This document shows positions 1-11,528 of a DNA stretch of 64,000 nt, piece by piece. The translations under genes and the position numbers were made by a program. Numbering within the stretch: position 1 is the first letter of the stretch; each line of letters opens with the position of its first letter. The stretch is from the human T2T-CHM13v2.0 reference genome, Homo sapiens, in the NCBI RefSeq assembly GCF_009914755.1, contig NC_060929.1. One strand, written 5' to 3'. Below the pieces are notes generated by a model that saw nothing but the letters and a program-made list of their open reading frames with translations, was not told where the DNA came from and did no database searches.

Positions 1-450
1 ATACTAATGGCTAGAGAGAAATGAATCAATGTGACAATATCAAGACAGTAGAAGATGGGTGGTGATTTTTCCTCGGCTAAGGGAGGATGACCACAGAAGA
101 GGAGTTGATAATTCCTAGATGTCTAGCACAAGTATATTCTTCAGTTTCTAAGCTATGGAATAATGCAGATAAAGATTGACTTCAGCTTTTAGTGAGTGGA
201 CTTTGATTCAATAAGCTTATGAAAAAAACTGATATCACAGAAACTCTATGAATTACAGCCTAAAACAATTGTAGGTACAGCAGGTGTTAATTACTTTATC
301 ATTTATAAACTTTCTGACATTTGTTTCTTTCCTATCTATTCTTACTCTAGCATTCCTGCAAGCTACTGTAAATACTCTCTAGTAGATTATACAGGGAAAA
401 AATGTATATTTATGTGCTAACTCCAGGAAGGAAAGTACATTACAGTTCTT

Positions 451-907
451 TGTATAGCCTTGAACCAACCCAGTTGCCCCCACCTTCCTTTCCGTAGTTC
501 CCACGGATGACTGTAGGATGTGCTGAGAATAAAACATCTTAAAATAAGGGGAAGCTGGCCAGACAGCCCAAGCTCTAGTTCAGGGATATCCTGTAGCAGA
601 GAAGGGTGTCCTTGCCAGTGCTTTATCCCAGAGAGTTGTTACCTCAGGATATAAAACTCAGGGCAGGCTGCTTTTCCAGGTACCTCAGAATCAGTATAAG
701 CAGGACAAACATAGATGAGATTACATCTATGCCAGGAAGCTTTCTTGACCCTTTGCGGAATAGCTTGGAAGGAATCCCAGACTTTTGTTGTCCCTCTCTA
801 TTTATCTGTAAGTAATAAACCTGCCTCATGTAACTTGTGTGTTTGAGTCTTCTGTCTCGCCTGATTCAGACATGTTGGTAAGCAGAGCACAGTAAATCTG
901 TTTCACA
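451..907 (+). mobile_element. Old ERVL-class solo LTR (MER74/MER73/MER54-like)
   Basis: TG...CA ends; TATA-like ggatataaaa at ~648; AATAAA at 814; 3' end gcacagtaaatctgtttcaca resembles the MER74-group end gcacagtgaacctgcttcaca. Confidence 0.6.
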
Positions 908-1579
908 GGAAGGGTTAAATTTCCATATGCGTAGTACTGAAAAATATCAAGTTGAAAAAAGTAAATGAATTAAAATTACTCTACTTCCAAATAGACAGTG
1001 GTTGCCAGAAAGGAGTAGTGTAAAAATGTCAGGCTTTCTAAGGGCTTAGGCCAGCCTACTTTCTATATGAAAGTCTTTAAAGCACTACTTTGAATCTTAG
1101 ACAATCTCATTTGAAACAAAACCTTCCAGAATATATGTATTTTACTGGGATTTTGGGATTATTATAAACTGGATTTTTAAAAGTTACTGTTAATAATTGA
1201 TAGTTAAGTTTTGTTGTTAAAACATTTCAAACATTAACAGTCACTAAAAAGGCTCTGAACAGCAGTTGGATCTTAATTCTTTGGGTAAGAATTAAGCTGG
1301 AATTTTTTATGCCATATTGATTAAATTAAAAGTTGCCTTAAAACTGAGATTATTTTAAAGGTGGCATAATACTAAGAGTTTGATAATTACATTTGTCTAA
1401 TTATTCTAAATTTTGGTTGAATAAAATTCTATTACTACATCCTTATTGCCACCCTCTTGTATTATTCTCTCCTCTGATATCATTTTTCTAAAATAGTTAT
1501 AATTGTTCTAAAATAGTTATAATTCCCTCATTGTTCTTTTATTACTCTGCAAATACTCCAATCCATTCTCTCCCTCTGG

Positions 1580-2315
1580 TATATATATATATATGTATAT
1601 ATGTGTGTGTATATATATGTATATGTATATGTGCATATATATGTATATGTATATATGTGTGTATATATATGTGTGTATATGTATATGTGTGTATATATGT
1701 ATATATGTATGTATATATGTATATATGTATATATGTATGTATGTATATGTATATATGTGTGTATATATCTGTATATGTATGCATATATGTATATATGTGT
1801 GTATATATGTATATACATCTATATATGCATATATATGTAGATGTATATATGTATGTATATGTATATGTGTATATGTATATGTGTGTATATATACATATAT
1901 ACACATATATATACATATATATGTATATATGTGTGTATATATACATATATACACATATATATACATATATATGTATATATGTGTGTATATATACATATAT
2001 ACACACATATATACATATATATGTATATATGTGTGTATATATATAATAACACATATATATAGTAACATATCAAAGCAACATAAGCTGGGCCATAGAAACA
2101 TACATATATATATACACACACACACACATATATATACACACACACATAGCAACATATATATATACACACATATATACACACACACATAGCAAAATATATA
2201 TATACACACACATATATATACACACACAGCAACATATATATATACACACACACATATATAGACACACACATAGCAACATATATATATACACACACATATA
2301 TACACACACACACAT
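1580..2315. repeat. Large compound (TA)/(TG)/(CA) microsatellite with higher-order units
   Basis: About 735 bp of alternating purine-pyrimidine sequence; recurring unit tagcaacatatatatatacacaca at 2146-2315. Confidence 0.97.
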
Positions 2316-3074
2316 GCTTCTAAAATGCCAGTTTTAGAAGTTATGCTCTAAATTCCAATCTAATTTTACATTTTCATGCTTTAACTATCCATAGTCTAAT
2401 GATGAAATTAAAAATGCTTGACTTGCCAGAAAATCCTTCCATGTCCTCCATTAAACTTCAGTAACGTTTTCTCTTGTGTGCTCCTTTAGTTCTATGTCTA
2501 TTCTTCATGATACCATATTTTGGATTACCCAGAATAGCCTTAATCTGTCCCTGTTTTCCCAGATTCCTTTCTGGTTTTTACTATTTCTGAATTTGCTCCT
2601 TTTTAAATGAAGTATTACTTTGATATTTATATTAAAATAACCTATATGAGTTGGATAAACATTTACATTTTATTTAAAGAATCTTCTATGTATTCATCTA
2701 GTATTACCTGAAATGCATGCTTAAATGCTCAATAAACAGATTATATCTATAAAATGATCAGTGAGAATGCTTCTTTTTCTGATCCATTCTCTATTTTAGA
2801 AGCAACATAACTAACACTGCCTTTTCAAAGGCATTATGGAGGGCAATTCACTAATGCAAAATTTTTAGTCACAAATGATTAAGAATATCTAACTTTTTCC
2901 AGTAAGGGAGAATTTTCTATTTTGTTACTCACCATTTGTGTTGCTATGGCCCAGCTTATGTTGCTTTGGCTCATGACACATTAGAAAAGATCCAAGAAAC
3001 CACTAAGCCGCTAGATGTCAGGGGCACTCAGAAATAAGCATGTGTATATATGTTGCTAAGTTGCTTTGATATAT

Positions 3075-3079
<5 letters not shown>

Positions 3080-3113
<34 letters not shown>

Positions 3114-3130
3114 CATATTTTTATATATAT
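3080..3130. repeat. (TG)n/(TA)n microsatellite
   Basis: Directly visible. Confidence 0.9.
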
Positions 3131-3204
3131 CTGCATGTGCAGAGAGAGAATGGATTGGAGTGAGTATATATTTACACCATTATAAATTTGGTGTAAATAG
3201 AGAA

Positions 3205-3571
3205 CCATAGAAATTGGTGCCCCCTTTCCTTATCAAAATGTATTTATTGAAATTCTGACCCAAATGTGATGGTATTTGGAGGTTGGTCTTCTGGGACCTG
3301 GTTAGCAAATAAGAACAGAGCCCTCAGGGATGGGATTAGTACACTTATAATAGACAACTCAGAGGTCTATCTCATACTTTCCACCAGGAGACGACACAGG
3401 GAGAACTTGGCCATCTACATACAAGGAAGCATAACCTTACCAGACATCAAATCTGCCAAAGACTTGATCTTGAAATTCCCAGACCCTAGAACTTTGAGAA
3501 ATAAATTTATGTTGTTTGTATATAAGTTACTACGTCTATGGTATTTTGTTATAGCAGCCAGAACTAAGTCA
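3205..3571 (+). mobile_element. MLT1A-type MaLR solo LTR
   Basis: aatgtgatggtatttggagg...gggattagt...cttgatcttgaaattcccag...agaaataaattt...tattttgttatagcagcc matches the MLT1A layout. Confidence 0.85.
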
Positions 3572-3581
3572 GAGTATATAC

Positions 3582-3602
3582 AAAAAAAAAAAAAAAAAAG
3601 AA

Positions 3603-3699
<97 letters not shown>

Positions 3700-3720
3700 A
3701 AAAGAAAGAAAGAAAAATAA
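3582..3720 (+). repeat. Poly(A) followed by long (GAAA)n STR
   Basis: A-run then over 25 GAAA-type units with one GATA interruption. Confidence 0.97.
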
Positions 3721-4686
3721 AGAAGGGGAGAATACAAATGCATGGTATCTGGAGAGCAGTGAAAAAGTTTTCTGTTTTTTTTTGTAATTGATAGGCATTA
3801 TAACAATTGAATATTGCTGAGGATTTTTCAATGGTGATGAAATTTATAATGCAAAAGCATCTGCATCTATATGATTTCTGTAACAATGGTCTCTGGCAGA
3901 TCACATGGATAAAATCTAGTGCACATAAAAAATGTTAGTGTTAGAAAATTTATTCATAATTTTGGAGATAAGGTGGAGTATATGGGTTCAGTTACAAGTG
4001 GATTGGTAGATAAGTTGATGGGAATCTTGTGGAAAGACTCTTCTTTTTTTTCCTATTTTGCAGTAGAAACAGTAAGAATAATTGATGATATATTTACCAA
4101 GCTGAAATAAAATTGAGACCCCACAATTGGTTTAAATTAATTGAAAGTTGTTCTTCTCTTATGCGTCAATTCAGAAATAGACAAATATACCAGAATAGGA
4201 AGGTGGTTCCACTTCCTTTTTCATTAACAGATCCTGGTTCCTTCTGTCTTGTTTCATATCTAGTTTTATCTACATTCTACTAGTTACATCATACTAGTTA
4301 CATCATAACTAGTTTTATCTACATTCTTCAAATGAAATTTGGCTCCAAGCACTGCTCTACATTTATTTTCATGCCATGGGACAAGGAAAGAAGAAAAGAT
4401 GCTAGGGAAGCAAAAACATGTAAGCTGTACGCTGTAGATAAACAGATGTGTGTTCTGCTGGAATTTGATGAAAAGGAAGAAATTATTACTAAAAAAGTAG
4501 GGATATTAGACATTGGGAGAGAGTTAAGAGTTTCTGCCACCTAAGGTCTTGGATGGATTTAAAATGCACCTTTGAATGTATATCCTAAGGAACGTATAAT
4601 CCAGTTCATATATATGCATGATATTGATATATTTACCAATGTGCCACCACAATAGTTGTAACCTAAGACATTGCAAGAGCAACATA

Positions 4687-4754
4687 TTAGACTGGTGCAA
4701 ACGTAACTGCAGCTTTTGATGGCAAAAGATGCAGTTACGTTTGCACCAACCTAA
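4687..4754. mobile_element. MADE1 (Hsmar1-derived MITE), internally shortened
   Basis: ttagactggtgcaaacgtaactgc...gcagttacgtttgcaccaacctaa terminal inverted repeats; TA at left flank. Confidence 0.9.
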
Positions 4755-4827
4755 AAACTCATTAAATATATACTATATTATATTTATTTCACACTTAATG
4801 CACTTAGTGCTTTTGCTTTTATATTAA

Positions 4828-5160
<333 letters not shown>

Positions 5161-5375
5161 TAAATGTTTAGATTTTTAAAGATTTTGTTTTAGCAGAATG
5201 TCACTGCTGAACTATTAAATTGCATACCTTTTATTACATGTCAAAATTTCAATATTTTAAGATATAAAAGTGTTCTTACAAAACAGCCAGAAAAGAGTAA
5301 ACATGGTATATTTGTCTATGAATTCATAATATGATTTGAAAGATAGATCTTATAACATTAATAGACATTAGCATA

Positions 5376-6208
5376 TATTACAAACTGAATTGAGCACCAC
5401 GCCCAAATCCATATGTTGAAGCCCTAATCCTGTGTATAGTTGACCATTGAACAACCCAGGGAGGCCTTAGAGGCACCAACCCCTACACAGCTGAAAATTT
5501 ACACATAACTTTGGCTCCTTCAAAACTTAAATACTAGTAGCCCACTGTTTATTGGAAGCATTATCAGTACCATAAACAATTGATTAACACATATGTTGCA
5601 TGTTACATATATTATATACTATATTTTTACAGTAAAGTAAACCACAGAAAAATGTCATTAAGAAAATCATAATGAAAAGAAAATATATTAACTATTGAGT
5701 AAGTAGAAGTGGATCATGATAAGGTCTTCATCCCTTTTACATTGAGTAGGCTGAGGAGGAGTAGGGAGAGGAGGGGTTGGTCTTGTCATCTTAGGAGTAG
5801 CAGAAGCAGAAGAAAATCCATACATAAGTGGACATGCACAGTTCAAATCTGTCGTGTTCAAAGATCAACTGTACTTCAAAATGTGACTATATTTGGAGCT
5901 AGGAAATTTAAAATGCTAATTAAATTAAAATGAGGCAATCAGGGTGGCCCTATCTGCGAATGTCCTTATAAACAGAGACTAGGACATGCAGAGGGCTACT
6001 AAGACTGTGTTGTATATACACAGAGACCCCTATGTGAAGAAGGAGCAAGATATCAACCATTTGCAAACCAAGAGAGGCCTAAGAGGAAACCAACACTTGG
6101 TACCTCGATTGTAGACTTCTAGACTCTAAAGCTGTGAGAAAATAAATCTGTGTTTTAAGCCACTTAGTCTGTGGTATTTCGTTAAGGAGGCCCTAACAAA
6201 CTAATACA
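5376..6208 (+). mobile_element. MLT1B MaLR LTR split by Tigger2a
   Basis: actgaattg...atatgttgaagccctaa resumes after 5871 as aatgtgactatatttggag...aaactaataca. Confidence 0.85.
5437..5871 (-). mobile_element. Tigger2a (TcMar-Tigger non-autonomous DNA transposon)
   Basis: TIRs tagttgaccattgaacaa / gtgttcaaagatcaactg; TA duplicated on both sides; about 435 bp. Confidence 0.88.
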
Positions 6209-6435
6209 CCAGACAAATTTTTGTTCTCTACAGGTATATGTGCTAAAATCACAGTTTACCTATTGACTATTTTCAGAAATGTTTACCGAAAAGGAGAGAT
6301 AAGTAAAGTTAAATATTGCCACACATAAACCAAATATATTTGTCATGAAAATATAATCTGATAGACAATGTTCCATCTGTATTAACTATTCAGCTTTTCT
6401 AGTGAATAAACCATGATATAAAACCATATGAGGTC

Positions 6436-6721
6436 GACTGGGCGTGGTGGCTCATGCCTGTAATCCCAGTACTTTGGGAGGCCGAGGTGGGCGGATCACG
6501 AGGTCAAGAGATAGAGAGCATCCTGGCTAACATGGTGAAACCCTGTCTCTACTAAAAATAGAAAAATTAGCTGAATGTGGCGGCACGTGCCTGTAGTCCC
6601 AGCTACTCAGAAGGCTAAGGCAGGAGAATCACTTGAACACGGGAAGCAGAGAATGCAGTGTGCCAAGACAGCACCACTGCACTCCAGGCTAGGCGACAGA
6701 GCAAGACTCCATCTCCATCTG

Positions 6722-6760
<39 letters not shown>

Positions 6761-6764
6761 GTCT
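6436..6764 (+). mobile_element. AluSc-like with tail replaced by (TCTA)n
   Basis: ggatcacgaggtcaagagat diagnostic; TSD tgaggtc; tail 6717-6764. Confidence 0.93.
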
Positions 6765-6776
6765 GAGGTCTAATTA

Positions 6777-7163
<387 letters not shown>

Positions 7164-7428
7164 TTAAAACATAGTGTTAAAATTCCTATTTGTCTCTAGG
7201 ATGAATCCTTAAAAAATGTATACAGAAAAGTAGAATTTACTTTTAAATGTTTCATGGAAATGTGAGTATTGAAATTATAATCTATATTTTTAAAATGTTA
7301 TTGGGAAAACTATATTGGGAGGAAAATTATTCTTTTAGAATACAGAAAGACAGACTAGATTTTTATTTTCCATAATAACATTTTTTCCAGTATCCCGTTT
7401 TGAATTATCAGAATTCACATAAGTCATT

Positions 7429-8150
7429 TATTAACTTCCCACTTCTGTTGTAACAGATTACCACACACTTTTGTAGGACAAACAACAGAAATTTATTATC
7501 TTATGGTTCTGTAGTTCAGAAATACAAAATTATTCTCAATAGGCTAAAACCAATGTGCTGACAGATGTGAGGTATTTTTTGGCTCTAGAGGATAATTTGT
7601 CTTCTTCTTTTCTAGCTTAGACAAGCAACCTGCATCATTTGGCTCATGGCCATGCATCCGTCCAATCTCTACTTCTGTCATCACATTTATTTTTCTCCCT
7701 GTTTCTGTTGTCACATGTCCTTCTCTTCAAAGGGTCCTGTGCATGATTGAATATTCTTATATTTGCATACTTCTGAGGCATTAGCGAAAGACTAGCTTTC
7801 TTTCCAGAGCACATTTTACTGACAATAAATCTTTTACACTTAGTGTCTTTTGCAATCTGAATAGGCTTAATTTATTCCAACTCTTAAAACCTGGTTCCCT
7901 CTTGCTTAAGAGTTGTTTCATCAACGACTCTCTTTACTCTTGATGTTTTTTCTGTAAGCAGTAAGAAGAAACAAAACCACATTTTTGAATACTTCATGTG
8001 GAAGTCTCATCTAAATACCCAGATTCATTGCATAATAGTTCTGTTTTCCTCATATATTTAGGATGCAATTCAACTAAGTTTTCTGCTACCATATAACAAG
8101 AATCACCTTTCTTTCAGTTTTCAATGGCATGGACCTCATTTTCTTCCAAC
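7429..8150 (-). mobile_element. MLT1D/E-type LTR plus MLT1 internal fragment
   Basis: tgtaacagattaccaca...aaatttattatctta...ggctaaaa LTR motifs; 7790-8150 resembles MaLR internal sequence. Confidence 0.7.
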
Positions 8151-8174
8151 AATCTTATTTTGATGATTTAGATA

Positions 8175-8720
8175 ATCTCAAAAAATTAAAGATAAAACTA
8201 CTATATGATCCTGCAATCTCACTTCTGAGTATATATCTAAAAGAAATACAAGCACTATCTTAAATATATTTTTATATTCCCATGTTCATTGCAGCAATAT
8301 TCACAATAGCCAAGACTTGTAAATAGCCTAAATATTTGTCAAAAGATGAGTAGATAAAGAAAATGTGGTGTATATTTGCACAATGGAAAATTATTCAGTC
8401 TTTAAAATGAAGGAAATCTTGCCCTTTGCAACAACATGAATGAAGCTCGAGGACATTACACGAAGTGAAATAGCCAAGCACAGAAAGACAGCTACTGCCA
8501 AAATAATCCACTTATACGTGGATTTTTTTTAGTTGAATTTAGTAGAGAGATAAAAATAGTAATCACCAGGGGCTGGCAACCATGTGAGGTGATGGATAGG
8601 TTAATTATTATGGTTATCAATTCACGCTGTATACATATGTCAAAAAAAGCATGTTTTATGGTCTAAATATATGCAACTTTTATTTGTCACTCATACATCT
8701 ATGAAGCTAGAAAAATAAAA
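8175..8720 (+). mobile_element. L1MA-type 3' end (ORF2 C-terminus plus 3' UTR)
   Basis: atgatcctgcaatctcacttctg...atgttcattgcagca...ataaagaaaatgtgg; ends in an A-rich tail. Confidence 0.85.
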
Positions 8721-8794
8721 TTAATATTTTTAAAGAGATACTCTGTAAAATGAAACAGAATTTTTGTTGTTCTTGTTTTTTTTTTTTTTTATCC

Positions 8795-9070
8795 ATGTCT
8801 CTCATTTCTACCTGAACCCTTGCCAATGGTGTCTTTTATATTTATATTTTCACCAATGGTCTGCTCAAGTAAACGAGTTTGATTTTGTTTCTATGATGGT
8901 AGACAAAATTATTCCATTCTCTACTCCTCACCGTAGTCTAAAGCCACCTCCATATGTTCAGGTATTTGTTACAGCAGTTTCCCATTCCAGGTACTAAAAA
9001 CAGTATCAGTCAGGTCTCAACTAGAGAAACTGAATAAGTAGGAGATAAATATTAAGAGATTTACTGCAAA
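8795..9070 (-). mobile_element. Continuation of MLT1 internal plus short LTR fragment
   Basis: caggtatttgttacagcag...ccaggtactaaaa MaLR internal end, then gtatcagtcagg LTR-like start. Confidence 0.55.
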
Positions 9071-9810
9071 AGGTTCTCTGTTTTGTACACATGCCAAAAA
9101 CGTAAGTGGAATGGGGATGTGGTGGTATCAACACTCTTGAGTCTTTCAAGCCCTTGATGGTAGTACTAATTTCTGCAGTCCCTCCAGGAATGCAGCATTG
9201 CTTTTGATTTACTTTTTTGCAGGGTAGAATCTGTTCTAATGGCTTTCACCTGGCCTTTCCCTCCATAATTGCCCTCACTTTACAGGTCAAGGAAACATGG
9301 GTATTTTGTTATTGCTGCATGTATCTATTTCAATTATTCATTCTAATATTGAGGAAATACCACAGAATAGGTTGAGGTGTCCACTGAATGCACTGTTAGC
9401 TGGACCTGAGCTAAAACTCCTCTGATCCCCTGACCTATACAATAGCCTTCTGTGACTTGTGGACCACAGAGGCTTTTCAAGTGTCCTGGAATTAGTATCA
9501 TTACAGTGCCAGTGTTCAGAAATCTCCCAAAATTCTGATTATTTCCCTTCACAAGCTAAAATCATCCTGGTAAACTATCATATGTCCCTTTGGAGAATTT
9601 TATGAGAAATAGGATCACAAATACTTAGTGTTACAAGTTCCTTCCTAGAGGAGCCAGCCTCCCTTTCATTTAAAGGATTCTGGGTATGTAAACTGGCTCA
9701 AGTCTGAAAACTGATCGAGGGGCCATGTCTCTCTGTTTTGGTGATTCAAGTTAAGCTTCTGTTCATTCAACCTAGAACTATTGTGCTTATACAAATAAAT
9801 TAAGAAATTA
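9071..9810 (-). pseudogene. ERVL (HERV-L-like) gag end / protease / RT start, inverted fragment
   Basis: Minus ORF 9343-9552 KGNNQNFGRFLNTGTVMILIPG...GVLAQVQLTV matches ERVL protease (LLDTG); followed by NQKQCCIPGGTAEISTTIKGLKD. Confidence 0.88.
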
Positions 9811-10083
9811 ATGAACTGATTATTTATTATAGGAGCAATTAGCTATTTTAAAAAATATATCCCTATTTCCACACTGGCTTCTCCAAAAACTAAATATCTG
9901 ATCACTTTTTGGTTTGTTTTATTTTGTTGTTTGTATTCTTATTGTTTCTCTCTCTCTCTCTCTCTTTTAAGGGAGACTTGACCCAGTGGGGTAGATTGCA
10001 TAGCGGTAATCTACCCAGTGGGGTAGAATTTGGTTTTGCCAAAGAAAAGTTCTGGTCTCTGCACAGAAACCAGTTCAATTTTT

Positions 10084-10970
10084 ACAAAATGGCAGTGGAT
10101 TATCATGAACTCAACCGGGTCATGACTCTGACTGCATCTGCCTTTCTAGATTTGTTTCATTACTTGAACAAATTACACACACTCTGGTTTTGGTATGCCA
10201 TTCATGATCTGGCTTTTATTTTTTTTTTCTTCTTGTAACTGTTTGTAAAGACCACCAGAGTCAGTTTTCTTTAAGCATTCAGGACTAACAATACATGTTA
10301 AGTCTCCTACCTTAAGAGTAATTGACTTGCAAGTTGTATAATTTAGTTCACAAGAAACTTGATTCCCTTCCCTTTCCACAGGGCATCATGCTGGTCTGTT
10401 ATACTAATAAAATATGCTAATTGGATATAGTGAACTAGAAATAGCAACCACTCTAGTTATATTGGTAAGACATTTGTGTATCAAAGAATGTAAAATAAAT
10501 TTTACTAAAATTCAGGGAATTTTCACCTGAGTGAAATATCTATGGGTCTAATAGTGGAAGGCATATCAAATATGATGGTTAATACTAAGTGTCTACTTGA
10601 TTGGATTGAAGGATACAAAGTATTAATCCTGGGTGTCTGTGGGGGTGTTGCCAAAAGAGATCACTATTTGAGTCAGTGAGCTGGGGAAGGTAGACCCACC
10701 CTTAATCTGGTGGGCACTATCTAATCAGCTGCCAGCAAATATAAAGCAGGCAGAAAAATGTGAAAATGTGAGACTGCCCTAGCCTCCCAGCCTACATGTT
10801 TCTCCCGTGCTGCATGCTTCCTGTTCTCAAACATTGGATTGGACTCTAAGTTCTTCAGTTTTGAGACTCGGACTGGCTCTCCTTGCTCCTCAAGCTTGCA
10901 GACAGCCTATTGTGGGACCTTGTGATTGTGTAAGTTAACTCTTAATAAGCTCCCCTTTATATATATGTGA

Positions 10971-11008
<38 letters not shown>

Positions 11009-11528
11009 ATCTTCTATTAGTTATGTCCCTCTAGAGAACCCTGACTAATACATCAAGAGATCTCTTCTAGGGCAAAGGATAATATATCGCATTTGACCTG
11101 AACTGCAATCAAATTAAAGACACACAGTCCACAGCTCATGGGCTTTTCTGGGTTTTGGAGGCAACATATTCCTCCTCTGGGTGTACTACTCTGCCCGTTT
11201 TCCTAGTGACTTGAAAAGGTGATAATTTGATGGAGGCCCAGGACATAAAAAGGCTGTCCAAAAAGTCTGCATTGCCATTTGCTATGCAAGCCATCTTCCA
11301 CTTGATCCGTATTGATACAGCAGATCTGACTGTGATTGAAGTATCAGAGGCAAGTACACTGTTCTGGATCTTTGGCAGCCTTTTATAGGTGAATCAAGTG
11401 TAGACCTTTAGGATTTTGGAGAAAAATCCTCTCATTTAACAGATAATGATTCAAGAAACAGCTTTAGGCTTGCTACTGGAGCTTAGTAGAAACAAAACAC
11501 TCAATTATGGGCCCCCAGTTACCATGTG
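10084..11528 (+). pseudogene. ERVL pol (RT) fragment, interrupted by MLT2A1
   Basis: KMAVDYHELNRVMT...WYAIHDLA matches ERVL RT ([10 protein letters not shown]...WYAAIDLA); resumes after 11052 with GFWRQHIP-like sequence; many stops and frameshifts. Confidence 0.88.
10571..11052 (+). mobile_element. MLT2A1 solo LTR (HERV-L)
   Basis: tatgatggttaatact...cttgattggattgaagg...ctagagaaccctgactaataca; TSD tcaaa/tcaag; internal (TG)n. Confidence 0.93.

Noticed and set aside
1517-2315. Multiple long overlapping ORFs up to 264 aa (Y/I/C/V/M/H/T-rich)
   Set aside because: Translations of a stop-poor dinucleotide microsatellite.
2100-2315. Regularly spaced tagcaacata motif resembling a CRISPR-like array
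   Set aside because: The spacers are themselves (TA)/(CA) repeats; this is a slippage-derived minisatellite in eukaryotic DNA.
3266-3904. ORFs with KKER and FFLS repeats
   Set aside because: MLT1A LTR plus (GAAA)n read-through.
9071-11528. Possible domesticated retroviral protease/RT
   Set aside because: Catalytic DTG reads NTG; many stops and frameshifts; broken by an inversion and an LTR insertion.
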